DNA of 63,670 bases, counting the filler, from Choristocarpus tenellus KU-1152 (taxonomy: Eukaryota > Protista > Phaeophyceae), in NCBI GenBank assembly GCA_964200185.2. It is 9 parts of 9 records of this genome, joined end to end, with 100 filler letters (N's around TTAATTAATTAA, not from the genome) between each part and the next. Parts side by side here need not be neighbours in the genome. Positions count along the whole stretch, not along the records: positions 1 to 7,829 come from CAXNAD020005519.1; positions 7,930 to 19,098 come from CAXNAD020002469.1; 7 more parts are not named here. One strand, given 5' to 3'. Below, one piece after another: positions 1 through 12,700 of this stretch. The translations under genes and the position numbers were made by a program. Under the pieces are notes generated by a model. That model saw only the letters and a list, made by a program, of their open reading frames with translations, ran no database searches and had not been told where the DNA came from. How positions within the stretch are numbered: the stretch's first letter is position 1; the number at the start of each line of letters is the position of its first letter.

Positions 1-61
1 GAAGCCAAGCCCCAAATGGACAAACAGGGCAAAATTCGTACCCTCTAAGATACTTTTACTC
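1..61 (+). mobile_element. MITE family A, right end (cut by window start)
   Basis: CCAAATGGACAAACAGGGCAAAATTCGTACCCTCTAAGATACTTTTACTC matches the right end of full copies. Confidence 0.85.
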
Positions 62-206
62 TATGGAACTCTTCACGCCTTTACATTTTTTATCGTGATC
101 TTGGAGTGTGTGTGGTATGGCGTACACTGCCCTAATAGAGCACGGCAACAAAATTCACTCAAGATGTCAGATGGCAATGAGTGCAACAGAACTGTTAGGT
201 ATGCAC

Positions 207-2191
207 CTGCGGTTAAAAAGCATGTTCCATGCGCACGGCTGTACTGGCAGTGAAGGAAGTCTTGCAGAGAGCACGGCAAAGAATTTCTGTAAGGATGTGG
301 CCTCCCCTTCCACCTTAGTAACTAAACGTGGTGGATCAATGCCATCGACTTCTAGTGCCTCTGCCACTCTAGCAAGCTGTGTAGAAGTGAGGGTTACAAG
401 ACCATCACTAAACTGCAAGATGTGCCGTCCACCCGGTTCTCCTTCACCTGGTACAGGAGCAGAATTTATAGAAGAGGAAAAGGTGTTCTAGGATATGAGG
501 CAACGGTATTGCTGGATGGTTTACAGTTCATGCACCGACTGGAATATCACTCTACCCATTCACAAGACTCCTCAGGAGTCATAGCCAACACTTCCAGTCC
601 CCCTTACAACCAACCCCACACACAAGAAATGAGGCCCACAAGTACTCAAGAACACCTATAAAACAAGTGCATTGCTAAATTGAAATAGTGCAGACTTTTC
701 ACCGTGTGTCAAGATGGTCTGAGCTAAGGTCTCGTGGTTCAACATACTACAGCAAGTAGCGCAAAGGACAAGAAAGACAAGAGGATCACTGTTCTACAAT
801 GAGATTTTATCCTGTTGTAGAAAATTGGAGGTATTGAACTTCCATTTACTGTCACAATGTAGAATATTTCAACCACTACCACTCCCACGCAAGCAATGTT
901 CAGGTGGAGGCTGTGCAAATATATCACAACAAACCCAACACAAATGTGGAGAAAGATGGTAGGTAGGGAAGTGACTGGTTGGCTACTGCTGACACATAAA
1001 GGTACGTGTACGAACATAGGAGCCAGAGTAACTCAGGGGAGGAGTGCCTCCGGTTTTCAACGACCCCCCAAACTCCCTCGTGGGAGCTGAATTTGGAGCA
1101 GACAGTTCACACCAGTAGGGTGTATTTTGGCTATTTTGTGGCTTGTGGGGGGTGGCGGAGACCATCTGCTCGGGGGTCCATTTTTCTGTGTCGCCATTTT
1201 TGGGTGATTTGGTTGCTTGCATCGGAATGAAACTGTAAGTTTCCTTCTCCTGGTCAGAGCCCAAATGGACACCCTGGTATAGACCCCCGCCCCACCACCA
1301 TATACTTTGAACCCGTATGTACACTCCGTTTGCACAAGAAAGTAATCTTTATTGACACACTTTTACAAATGTCTTTATCTTCTCTTAAACGAAGTTGAAA
1401 AAAATACCTCCCAAGATTACACAGCGGTAAACATGCACCGCTTTTCGTTACTTTGATAATGTTACAGAGATCTCCCACGGTCCATATAGGATACAAGGAA
1501 TCAGCCCAACACAAAGAATTATTCCGTGAGATCTGTGATATTACACATACCAACTTTAACGCATAACTGGCAGTTGGTGAATTCAAATTACATCCCCAAA
1601 AAAAACGTGACCTACACCACCGCTCTCAAACACAAGGGGTCAGAGTGTCAAGTACGAGAGCCATGAACGTTGTTCCCTTCAATTCTGACCCACCATTCTT
1701 AGTGTCAACCACCTCTTGAATGAAGGGTGCCGGATCAATATCCCAACGGATCACATTTGATGTTAGGGCAGAACCAAAAGCCAGGAATTGTGAATAATCC
1801 AATATCACTGCTATTTCCAGAGAGAGGCATACCTGCGAGGTTATCAGACATTATTGTAACGATGCGCACCAAGATCATAAAGGAGACATAACCTTTGTTA
1901 GACCATGTATACTTGTTGATGGCAGTGATGTTCAAAGTTCTCACCTGTATCAGTTTCATAATCGTCAGGAATAGGTTACCAACTGATGGGAAAGTTTTGA
2001 AGATCGCAACATTGTTGTTTTTTAGTCCGTTGTCCTGAATGGCAGGCCAAGAGCTCCAACGGTCATCGCATGCACCAGTTGGGTTGGTAACAAACGGTGC
2101 AGATGAATAGCTGGTGTCCTCCTTCGCTGCTTGGCTGAGCAACAGAGTGCTCATCACTCTCAGACCAACAACAAGTAAGACTCTGAAACAC
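207..2191 (-). CDS. Multi-exon protein-coding gene fragment of unknown function (exons 2191-1945, 1832-1694, 447-207)
   Basis: Three AG/GT-bounded exons with compatible phases give CFRVLLVVGLRVMSTLL...IMKLIQ|VCLSLEIAV...VVDTKNG|EGEPGGRHILQFSDGLV...WNMLFNR. No family recognised. Further upstream exons near 2340-2812 are possible but unresolved. Confidence 0.55.
1135..1313. mobile_element. MITE family C, one end degraded
   Basis: Ends CCAAATGGACACCCTGGTATAGACCCCC...ATACTTTGAACC; reverse-complement similarity to 4566-4744. Confidence 0.7.
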
Positions 2192-4565
2192 CTGCTATGT
2201 AAATACGATTTTGGTGTGTGAAGTATGTCGGCATGAAGGTTTCACAAGTGTCAGCAATAGTTTCTTGTTGAGTGGCTATTCAATTGTCCCATTGAGACAA
2301 TATAGGCTAATCAGGATTTCAGCACAAAGGTAACAACGTAGGTCAGATCTATTTGCTGCGTGTCTCTACTAAGTGTGAGAGACGCATGGATACGAGCTGG
2401 GACCTCCATTTTCCTTCCTGCCAAGAGGCGCAGATACAGACTGGCCAGCCTAGATCCTTACTACATTAAAATATATACACTTCACAGACAACTCATCGGA
2501 TGAACAAGAAGGAACCCTGCAAAATGTGGCTTTGCAGACTTTGGCTTTCATCCAAGGAAACACAACTCTGCTGCCCTGAACACATAAAGGACCACCAAAT
2601 AGAAGAATTCCCGCAAAAACTTGTAATGTTATGACTATCCAAGAATCTGTATGAAGAACATGTGTAATTCCGAACACGGTCTGCTGGTAGCTGCCATAGC
2701 GTCATCCTGCTCGTCCAATTGCCAACTTCTAGGTTCTGTCTTCGTGGGAAATTTTCAATGTCTAGAAATTCTGAAAAGTACCGCAGCAAAGGTCGAAGGC
2801 GAGAGATCAATACTGTTTAGTTTGACGTTGCAAACAATGCAAGAAAAGTAGCAACATCCCACCACAGAGGAAGGAGCACAATATGACAAGGATGAGTATG
2901 CAGCGAAGTAGACACATTTCCCACAAGTTATTTACGTCATGTCTAGATACCTCTGACACACCCGATCCATATACTTCGAAGTATAAAACGCTGAAGACAC
3001 TACTACAGACTAACACTTCTTCTAGGGTATAGCGTACTCGGTATCAAATGTACGTTTCGACACAGAAAAGATTGTCCTATCTGAGTTTTCATAGGATTGA
3101 CTTCAGTGCTGAACGTTGTAATAAGTGTATTTGAAGTTGTTCCTAAAATCTACAAAATAATTCCTGTTCCATGCTTTTATCTATTCAGAGCAGGTACTAA
3201 ACTGAATTAATCATCTGCACAGCCGAGGTATCGAACAAAGACGGATACTAAAAGTGTGAGAATAGCGGGTGAGGTGTGAGATGAAAGTTTCTCAATCTAA
3301 CAAAGCTAGCTATGTAGGCATGCGATCTTCAATATGACGAAGAGGTGACTCTGATCCGTAATGCGAAGAGATGGTGACACTGATGTTCAATTCTTTAAGG
3401 CTCTCAAATGTATCTATTGGCAGATAAAGTCAATAATTGTGATACCAGCTGCAACAACGTCCTTCCCCAGGAAATGTGTTCAGTTGCTGGGTTCACGGGT
3501 CAAGGGTTTCTCCGGAAAAAAATTGAATATCCTCGTCGATCCCGCTTGGCGAGTGTCCCGTTGATCGAAGATGCCATCGCCCCTAACTCACACTAGGTGA
3601 AATGAAAACTAGTTAAGTTCTCAGCAGCGACAAAATCGTTTGGCGAGGATAAATCACGCCACATCTGAGCACCATATAATTGTTTAATTTTACACATTGA
3701 AAGAAGTCTAGTGGTTGGCACTTGTGGTCGAAACAGGGAGGAAGGAGGAGAATGTTTTGTACAGGACTGACCTAAATGTTGCTTGTGATATACGGTCGTT
3801 TCGTAGGGGGAAACATGGCGCTGGTTAGACCATTAAGTGGTTCAGGTGAACAGAAAAGGGTGTCTCAAAAACGATATAGAGTAGACACGATATATTAAAA
3901 ATTGCACTATGTTGCAGGTGTGCAGTGGCTGCACTACTCGCTCCTTCATGAAGGCGTAACGGATGTCCGTTTTCGGGTTAGTAGTTGTCAGCATCTTCAA
4001 ACTGGAAGACCAACTTAAAGGTAATGATTTGCTAGCACAACTAACAAACTAATCCTGAACACCCCTCCGCGACCTCTGCAAAGATTGACTTCGCAGCCTA
4101 CTCACTCACTTCCTCATATTTGCCTTGATTCACATGCCCCACGTAGCCCAGAGGATTGTTTGTATGATATGTGGTATTGTAGTGGGTGTGATTTCATGGT
4201 TCATGTGGATGATGATCGAATTCCTTTTTTTTAGCGTAGACTAGTTTTAGGGTGAAATAGAAGGTAGTAGTAGCACTAGTGATAAATGATCGGGGTATTC
4301 ATCGAATCCAAAAAGAATTTATATTTTGATCCACTTGAAAATATTCAAACTGAAGAGTCACCAAAAAAAATTGATTTGTACCACAACTATATAACAAAAC
4401 AAGAACTATAATATGTAAGATTTCAGGGATAGGAAGCATTGTGGGAGGTATTCTGTGATTCGTTTGATTTGCGACTCACAGAACGGAATTGAATTGGTGG
4501 CAAGGACCTTCCTTTCTGCTTGGATGATCACTCCTCCTTTCATCTTCCTTACTTCATACTGTTCT

Positions 4566-4744
4566 GACCCAAAGTATCTGGGGGGAGGGGGGGGACCTAC
4601 ACAGGGGTGTTCATTTGGGTCAAAATCGGGAAAAGGGCATTTTCATTATTCATCCGACGTATGCAACCAAATCACCCAAAAATCGCTATGAAAAAATTGA
4701 CCCCAAATGGACAGCCGCCACCCCCCTCCCAGCTACTTTGAGCC
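4566..4744. mobile_element. MITE family C
   Basis: GACCCAAAGTATCTGGGGGG...CCCAGCTACTTTGAGCC. Confidence 0.85.
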
Positions 4745-6760
4745 TTCAACACAATAACGAAATAATCGAGTCATTTATATAATCAAGTCTTAGGGTTAGT
4801 TTCTTTAAAAATGCGATTTAAGCTGGAGACATCAGGGAGATGGGCAGGGAGGGGCTTGTTTGATTCATGTGATGCCTTCCTAGGCCCTCACCCTGGAGAA
4901 CAGGACTAAGCTAGGTTAGAGGGACAGGAAGGGAACAGTGTAGGATAACTGGCAGTAAAATAATGAATAGATTGATGTTCTTCACATTTATGACAACTGT
5001 TACTTAGTTTATTTTGACATGTTAATAGTTTACTTCCAAACAAAACTCAGATCACAATCAAAACTTTGGTTGTACTATATATGTTGTAGAAAAGACTGCG
5101 CAACACTGTTTCACCTCTACTTGACGCCTTTTGATCAAGACATACAACGATTAAACGCAGATAAATTGGGCGATGGTAAGGAGTATGGTAGTAGTTGCAA
5201 GGTGGTACATGAACAACTTTACACAATTCGATCCACTGTTGAGGTTGGAATTTTGCACGTATGCCTCACAGCAAGAATTTGTGACAGGCAGTGTGTACGG
5301 TCTGTTATGAGATCGATTGTATCGCATTGTAAAGTGGTACTCAGTAATAACTTTAACTTTACTTGTGTTAGCAATCATGTTCGCATACGTTTCGTGATTA
5401 TTGTATCGGGTGAGCTGGAAGTAATTCAACCTCTGCCCTTCCTCCTTTCTGCCGTGATAGTGGTCGCGAGGAAGATGCGTATCACCACTACTCTACTGTA
5501 TAGGGTGCCTTTTGGCATTTCCATGCTCTGGAGAAGAATTTGAGCAAGAATCCTTGACAAAGGACTTCAATCGCCTCACTCAGTCCGTTGAAGTCGAAAC
5601 TACTACATCCGCAGGGATGTATACTTTTTCTAGGGCCTACATGGAAAACTTCATAGCGGATCCCGTAGGTTGCGGGAGTTGGTAAACAGGATTCTACATG
5701 TGGAGGGGAGTTGGTTGGGGAAGCAATATCAACCGTGAGTGACAGGATGATTGTTCATTGATTGATCTTGCGTCACGTCGACGGGTCTAATTTTTTTGGG
5801 CGGTGTGGTAATTGAGGAACGGGACATTGACTACGGTTGTGAATTTAATGAGCTTTGTATCGCATAGTGATACCCTATGAGCGGATAGACAAACGCAATG
5901 CAGGGAGTCTAGATAGAGGATTGTTTTTGGCTCATGTGAAAGAGTGCGAGTTGGCGTGGCGAAATCTCCTCTCTTATCCACTTTACTCCTCTGGCTCACA
6001 TCCTTGTGGATGAGTCCAAGTCCTTTCCAGCAGTAGTAGTTCATATTTTAACATTTTAACGTTGCAAAATAACCCTTCCTTGGCACGTACTTAATGTAAG
6101 CAGAGGACCATTCACGTGACCTCAAGCACAACCTCCCCTATGCTACTCCTACGTGTATAATCCAGTATTGCTCTCTAGCTGGGTGAACGGTGCAGTTTGC
6201 TACGGGTTGGAAAACATGGCGATTATTGAGAAAGGATTAATGGAAAGAGTGACCTGTGAGGACAGAATTATTTCTGGAGGGTGGACCACTAACAATACGA
6301 ATCTATCTGATCACACGGCTGAATCGGGAGCTTCCACTTCTATGAAGTCTGTTGGTCTAAACTGTATCATCAAGTCAACACCCCACTTGTGCATCTTCAG
6401 CACAGCAGATGTGAGCGACAAGTAGATTTGGAGTAACAATTTTATTTTCTTCTTGGGTTCGTTCCGTTGTTTGGCGGGTTCGCCGTAGGATTTCTAATGT
6501 GGCGTAATAGCATTTCCGCGTCATCACTTGGGAGCCGCTATTATATATATATATGTGATGTGATTCCTATTTTATTGACTTGCAGTTACTACCTTCCCAA
6601 CCCTCCTCATCGACGCCATGTACGTACAGCATATATCATAGTTTTATTTCAGCTTTGTCCTCACAAGCGATTGCACTTGCTACCATCGGAACAACTGAAG
6701 CAGTACCTTTTTTTTTGTCCCACATATCTGTATGTACATGCTAACATTAACTCACTGAAG

Positions 6761-9700
6761 GAATACATCGCTTTCCTGGAGGAGAAGGGAGCTCCTGTGC
6801 AACTCAGGAATCAGACATCGAGGGAGGAATATTCTCAACGGGCTAATGACGAGAGAAGAAGTGTCAGGTGGGATCAACGTTCAAGACCTGGAGAGATAGA
6901 GGCTCGGGAGGTAAGATTGATGTGAACGAGTACTTGGAGCATTTGTGAAATTCAATCTGCATGCTGCTACAGCACACTTCCGAGTAGATATCACTATATG
7001 CTACATGTTGGTATTGATTACCATTTTTTTGTTTGGCATCGTCATTGATTAGCTGCGCCCTACTGAGGAGATACCAAGGATTTCACCTTTTGCTTGCACA
7101 GAATATGTTGCAAATCGCTCCCAGGAGCTTATTTTGATGGGATATGTAGCTCCAATCCACACGCCTGCAAGCTGATGATGATGCCCAAAGATGGCACCTG
7201 CAGTGTATGGATAGCCTGACAACCAACGCAAATGGGTGGTTATCAGGTCATTGACAAAGTTCATAGTTATGCTCAAGTTGGTTCTTTGTATGACTGTATC
7301 TGAGAGAGTGGGAAGAGCCACGATTATAATCTGGATGGTCAAGTTTTCGGAAGCTGTAATACAACTGAGATATGTTGCTTTATTCTCAAGTTGCAGGTTT
7401 TACACTATATCGACAGCAACCTTAACATATCCCCTTTTGGACTGTCCGGTTGCATACTTGCTGCTTGCGCTTGTTTGAGCTTGAGAAGCAATACATTCGT
7501 TCACTGCCTGTAACATGCTCCCCAGTATGGACTAGGTACATGTGTTTCACATGTACCGCAGGCGATTGTCAAAGGTTGAGAGAAAAGGAACCCTCTACCA
7601 CCTCAAACCTGTTGCGGCAAAATGTATTTGTTGCCCTTAGATGGTGAGTCCAAGAGTTAAAAAAAAAAACTTTGAGTTGGTCTTTAACACTCTTCAGTTC
7701 CGTTTTACCGAATCACTTCTAAACTGTGACCAAACTATACCCTTGTTTCCTTTGGGAGTGTCCGTCTAAAGGTGGCATGATACAATCAGATTCAGTTCCC
7801 ATCTAGTCTAATCAGAGTATACACTTGTCNNNNNNNNNNNNNNNNNNNNNNNNNNNNNNNNNNNNNNNNNNNNTTAATTAATTAANNNNNNNNNNNNNNN
7901 NNNNNNNNNNNNNNNNNNNNNNNNNNNNNGCTCCAGCGCATCAGTGTTGGCGGGCTGGTGAGGGGGCAACACGGGGGGAGACGTAGGCGACAAAAGCCAC
8001 CCCCTTGCTGTGGAAGCAACTGTCATGGTGTTTTCGGGCAACAGGCGGTGGTCTTGGGCAGTGAGAAGGTGTAGGAGTTATTAGATTTGAAGACGAGCGT
8101 ACGAACTTTGTTTGAGCGTCGGGCGATCGGTGAGACAACCCTGAGATCCATGATCCTGAAAATTCGTGCGTTACACTTTTCGGAAGTTGCAAATCAGATT
8201 CTATCCGTGATTTATATTTTTTTGAATCCAATTATATCCGTGATTTGTATTTTTTAAGATACCAATCACATATTTCATTCATATCGTACATTTCCAATGT
8301 TCCGAAACCAACTTTGTTTGAGCCTCGGGCGATCAGTGGGACAACCCTGAGATCCATGATCCTGAACATCCGTGCGTTACACTTTTTCGAAGTTGTAAGT
8401 AAGATTATATCCGTACTTACAATTTTTTTAAGACACATACTTAATTCATATTGTACATTTCCAATGTTCCGAAACCAACTTTGTTTGAGCCTTGGGCGAT
8501 CGGTGGGACCACCCTGAGATCCATGATCCTGAACATCCGTGCGTTACACTTTTTGGAAGTTGTAAATAAGATTATATCCGTACTTACACATTTTTAAGAT
8601 AAAAATCACATCCTTAATTCATATTGTACATTTCCAATGTGTCGAAACCAACTTTGTTTGAGCCTCGAGCGATCGGTGGGACCACCCTGAGGTCCATAAT
8701 CCTGGAAATCCGTGCGTTACACTTTTTGGAAGTTGTAGATAAGATTATATCCGTACTTACAATTAAAAAAAAATACAAATCACAAACTTCATTGATATTG
8801 CACCTTTCCAATGTGTTCCCAAACGAACTTTGTTTGAGCTCTGGGCTATCCGTGGGACCACCTTGGGATCCATGATCCTGAAAATCCGTGTATTACGTTT
8901 TTAGGAAGTTGTAAACACGATTATATCCGTACTTACAAATTGTTTAAAATACAAAGCACATACTTCATTGATCTTGTACGTTTCCAACGTTCTGAAACCA
9001 ATTTTGTTAGAGCACTGGTCTATCTGTGGGACCACCCTGAGTTGCATGATCCTGTAAATCTGTGTATTACGTTTCTAGGAAGTTGTAAATCCGATTATAT
9101 GAGTCAAAGTATCTTACAGGGTAGAGTCGCGTCCATTTGAACCCAAAATTTAATGTTCCGATTTTGATGTAGTTTTGACTATCGTGTTTGTTAGGAAGTG
9201 TTAATATATCTGTTCCGAACATACCCTTTCATAAGGTATACATTTTACCTATTCCGAAACATATCGGAGTAGGAAAATGTCATAAAATACCCGTGGAATG
9301 CCAAGCCCCAAACGGACAAACAGACCAAAATTCATACCCTCTAAGATACTTTCACTCCATACGCAGAAGCATGCTATTGTATCAACCTTTATAACCAAAC
9401 CTTTATCCCACATGAAGTTTTGCAACAAGCATCTTAACAGAAATCATAGGTGCATATGTAAAATGATCAAATTAATGCAATTCCCAACCTCTCAGATTGC
9501 TGAACAGAGGGAGAGGACAGAAAAGGAGAAGCAGGGAGGGGAGCCTGGCTCCAAAGAGGCCAAGGTCGTGCACCTACAGAGAAAAATGGAGCAAGGGCAA
9601 CACTGCTTAGTGAGCAAGAATGGGTGCAATTCATGAGATATTAAGTTTGTACAGCACATCTGTTTCTTCCCCTGTCGCCTTGCCCAGTAATATATATATA

Positions 9701-12700
9701 TATATATATATATAATTCTGACCACTTGGAAATTGATTAGACAGGAATCATAGTCTGAATATTTCATGGCAAAGTGCTGCCCATAGTCAAGCAGGTATTT
9801 CCTTCTCTTCTCCTTGTTCCTTTCTCTGAGTTGAGAAGCATGGCTGCAACGTGCCTTGCCTCACATCTTGGTCCATAAACCACCCACTCCCATTTCCTCA
9901 ATCAAAGATACTGGCCCCTGGGTATGAGATGGGCCCTCTGGGCTTACCTGTTCTGCAGGACGTTCATGTGGGGAACCGACATGAGCAAAAGGCAGTCTAT
10001 GAGAAGGTATCTAAAACTGAGTACTTTAGCTCGATGTGATTTTGAAATATGGATAGGAGCAATTAAAACAGCAGGTGGTGCCTTTGCTACAACTGCCTTT
10101 TACAGGACTGCCTGAATTGCAGCAATTTTCTCTTTGACCCCACAGCAATGCCACTCTCTGCATCATTGTAATATTTTGGAATCCACTTGGTGCACATATT
10201 TGTATCAACCTTCACTCCCTCCCATGCCCTGTTCACCCCCAGCCTTGAAAATGAGGACTGTTCTCGCCCACAAACTATCCATTAACTCACATTAATAGCA
10301 AGTTGTCCCTATCGTGTTGCCACTCAAAGTTAGATTTAGGGTTAAGGTTGGGGTTAGGGCTAGGAAGATGATTAGGAATATGTCCAACTTAGAAACTCCC
10401 GCAAGGGTACAAAAAAACATGAAGAGGGAGATAATAGCCACTACTCCTTGGTTCGATTTTGTGTTTACAGATGGCAACGCAGCATGCAAGGGGGACTGAG
10501 CCTGCATCAAAGGAAAATCCAGGGCGTCCATGTCTTGTCAATTCTGAGAGTGGTCCTCAGTTTGCCCATGGCAGCCCACGCTCATCTGCGTCGGTAGTGG
10601 GGCAGGGACATAGGCAGGGGCAGGGAGTTAGGGGGCAGGGTCTACGAGAGCTTCTTGGTATTGGGGAGGATGCTGAGAGAGAGAGGGAGAGGAATAGGAG
10701 GCAGGGGGAAGAGCTGAGGAAGCAGGTTGAGGAGAAAAAGGTGATTGGTCAGTACATTTGAATATTGAAGTCCTAGCCATGCTCTCAAATCTCGAATCTT
10801 CCAAGTACCTTTCTCCCACAGAGGCAAGCTGTTAAAGAGGCTGATGTTTAGCAACTTGTGCATATAAAGTTGATTGTCCTTAGGAAACTGAAGAGAAGGA
10901 ACAGAGAGTAGTGAGATTGCCCACCGGGGAGGGGGCATCCTCGGGTTCTTTTGTGGATTGGGCTTCATGGAGACAACAAAATCCATGTTTGCTGTGTTGT
11001 TGACCATGCAGCTAACCATACAGACACTGCTAAGTCAATACACTCCTGTTTTCAAGTTGCTTCTATGTGTGGTTTTGCCAAGTAAAACACTGTTACAAAG
11101 TACAATATACTTTGTGTGAGAGGAAATAAAGCTCATGGTACGGTCTTACCAACATACATACGATTTCAACAATCAAAACTCCTCCCACAATGGCACCCCC
11201 ACATAACTCATTCGAGAAAGAGGGAGAAGCTCAATGCTACATTATCAGACACCCCTCATACCCCCTCCCTCACTTCTGACTAGTGGGATGGTGGTCATGA
11301 ATTTGGCTATAGTGTGACAATATCATTGACTAGTGTTGAATTGAGGGTTTGCTGTGTGACTGAATGGTAAGATGTGGCAATGATTTGGTTAGCTCTAGAT
11401 CAGTGCTGAGATTGAGAGGGTAAGTGGCCCGAAAAACAATACATACCCCAATAGACAAGCCCAAATGTCATATTGAGAGGGTGAGTGGCCTGCAACTTTC
11501 CTGAACCGAAGTATACTCTTGGTCCCTTTTGCTCATGTGTACTATTTCAATGAGAAACTACTCACACTCATTGGAGGACTTTTGCAAAGTGTTAAAGTAG
11601 TGGATCTTGGGTGCATTTTAGACTACAAGACAGAGGCCAATGGCAGGCCACACAATACAAACACAATACAGAGTAGAAATGGAGATAATCGTGTTTCAAA
11701 CAAACGTAGACTGGAATACCATCATTTGTATGTCAACATTTGCAGTGTCCTTAAATGGGTATATCGGGGCCAAGAGGATGAAATCTAGCCTTCCATAAAT
11801 ATTCCCAGATACAAGCCAGCTCAGCTTCAAGGGCAGAAGTACTTGACAATGAATCCTATTTGATATTCTGCATGATCTATCAGGCAAGGAAGGAGGAAGA
11901 AAAGATTGCCAGGGAAGAGGAGGAACAACGGGAGGAGGCACGTTTAAAGAAGGAGAGGGACGAGATCCAGGAAAGGCAAGTGTAGCACTGCTAATGTTCT
12001 CCTTTCCCCTCGTCCAGCAGGCCCATCTTGATCCCCATACTTCTCCTTCCTTCAGAGCACGTTGACTCTGTTAATGGAGTTATTTATGGGGCAATGTTAA
12101 TGAAAAGGGATATTTTGTTGTTCCTGATTGTGACTCCACTATGCCCATTATATGGTCAATTAACCCTTCCCTATTGGCACAGTATTCTAATTCAACTCAC
12201 ATGATATACAGGTATTCTTTAGTAACGTAAAGTAATCAAATATTTCCATCCCACACCAAAGTTCAATTACTTGTATTCTTGTTGTGCTTATCTCAAACCA
12301 CGACAGGTTGTTTCTTCCTCTTTGTTAATATTTCCAAAAATAATATTTCGTTTTGTTTAAGGTGACTACAGCAGACATCTATATTTCTGTTGTTGAATAT
12401 ATGATTACAGGACTACTGTTTCAAAATGTACAAAATGAGTGACTTCCTGTGTATAATATACTTGAAATATATAAAAAAAAGTACTCAGCAAGTAATAGTT
12501 GACTTGTGTCCATTCCCACTGCTATAGATTAATGCCAAGAAATTGAGAAAATCCAGTCTTGCTATTGACTCAAGATAGCCCTTTGACAGAATTTATTTTT
12601 TCTCTGCGGAAATTACCAAGGATAATGATAATGGACACATGATGACTGAGATTGAACATTAGATCATGAGAAGCACACTAGCACTCACAGACACCATCAC

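Noticed and set aside
5019-5543. 174-aa ORF and most other short six-frame ORFs
   Set aside because: No motifs or splice support. They are antisense shadows, repeat-derived or chance ORFs.
7874-7885. Recurrent TTAATTAATTAA palindrome as a biological motif
   Set aside because: It is always centred in identical N runs and is an assembly linker. ORFs ending in X...LIN are artefacts of it.
8098-9100. CRISPR-like array
   Set aside because: The whole unit repeats with no unique spacers, no cas genes are present, and the context is eukaryotic.
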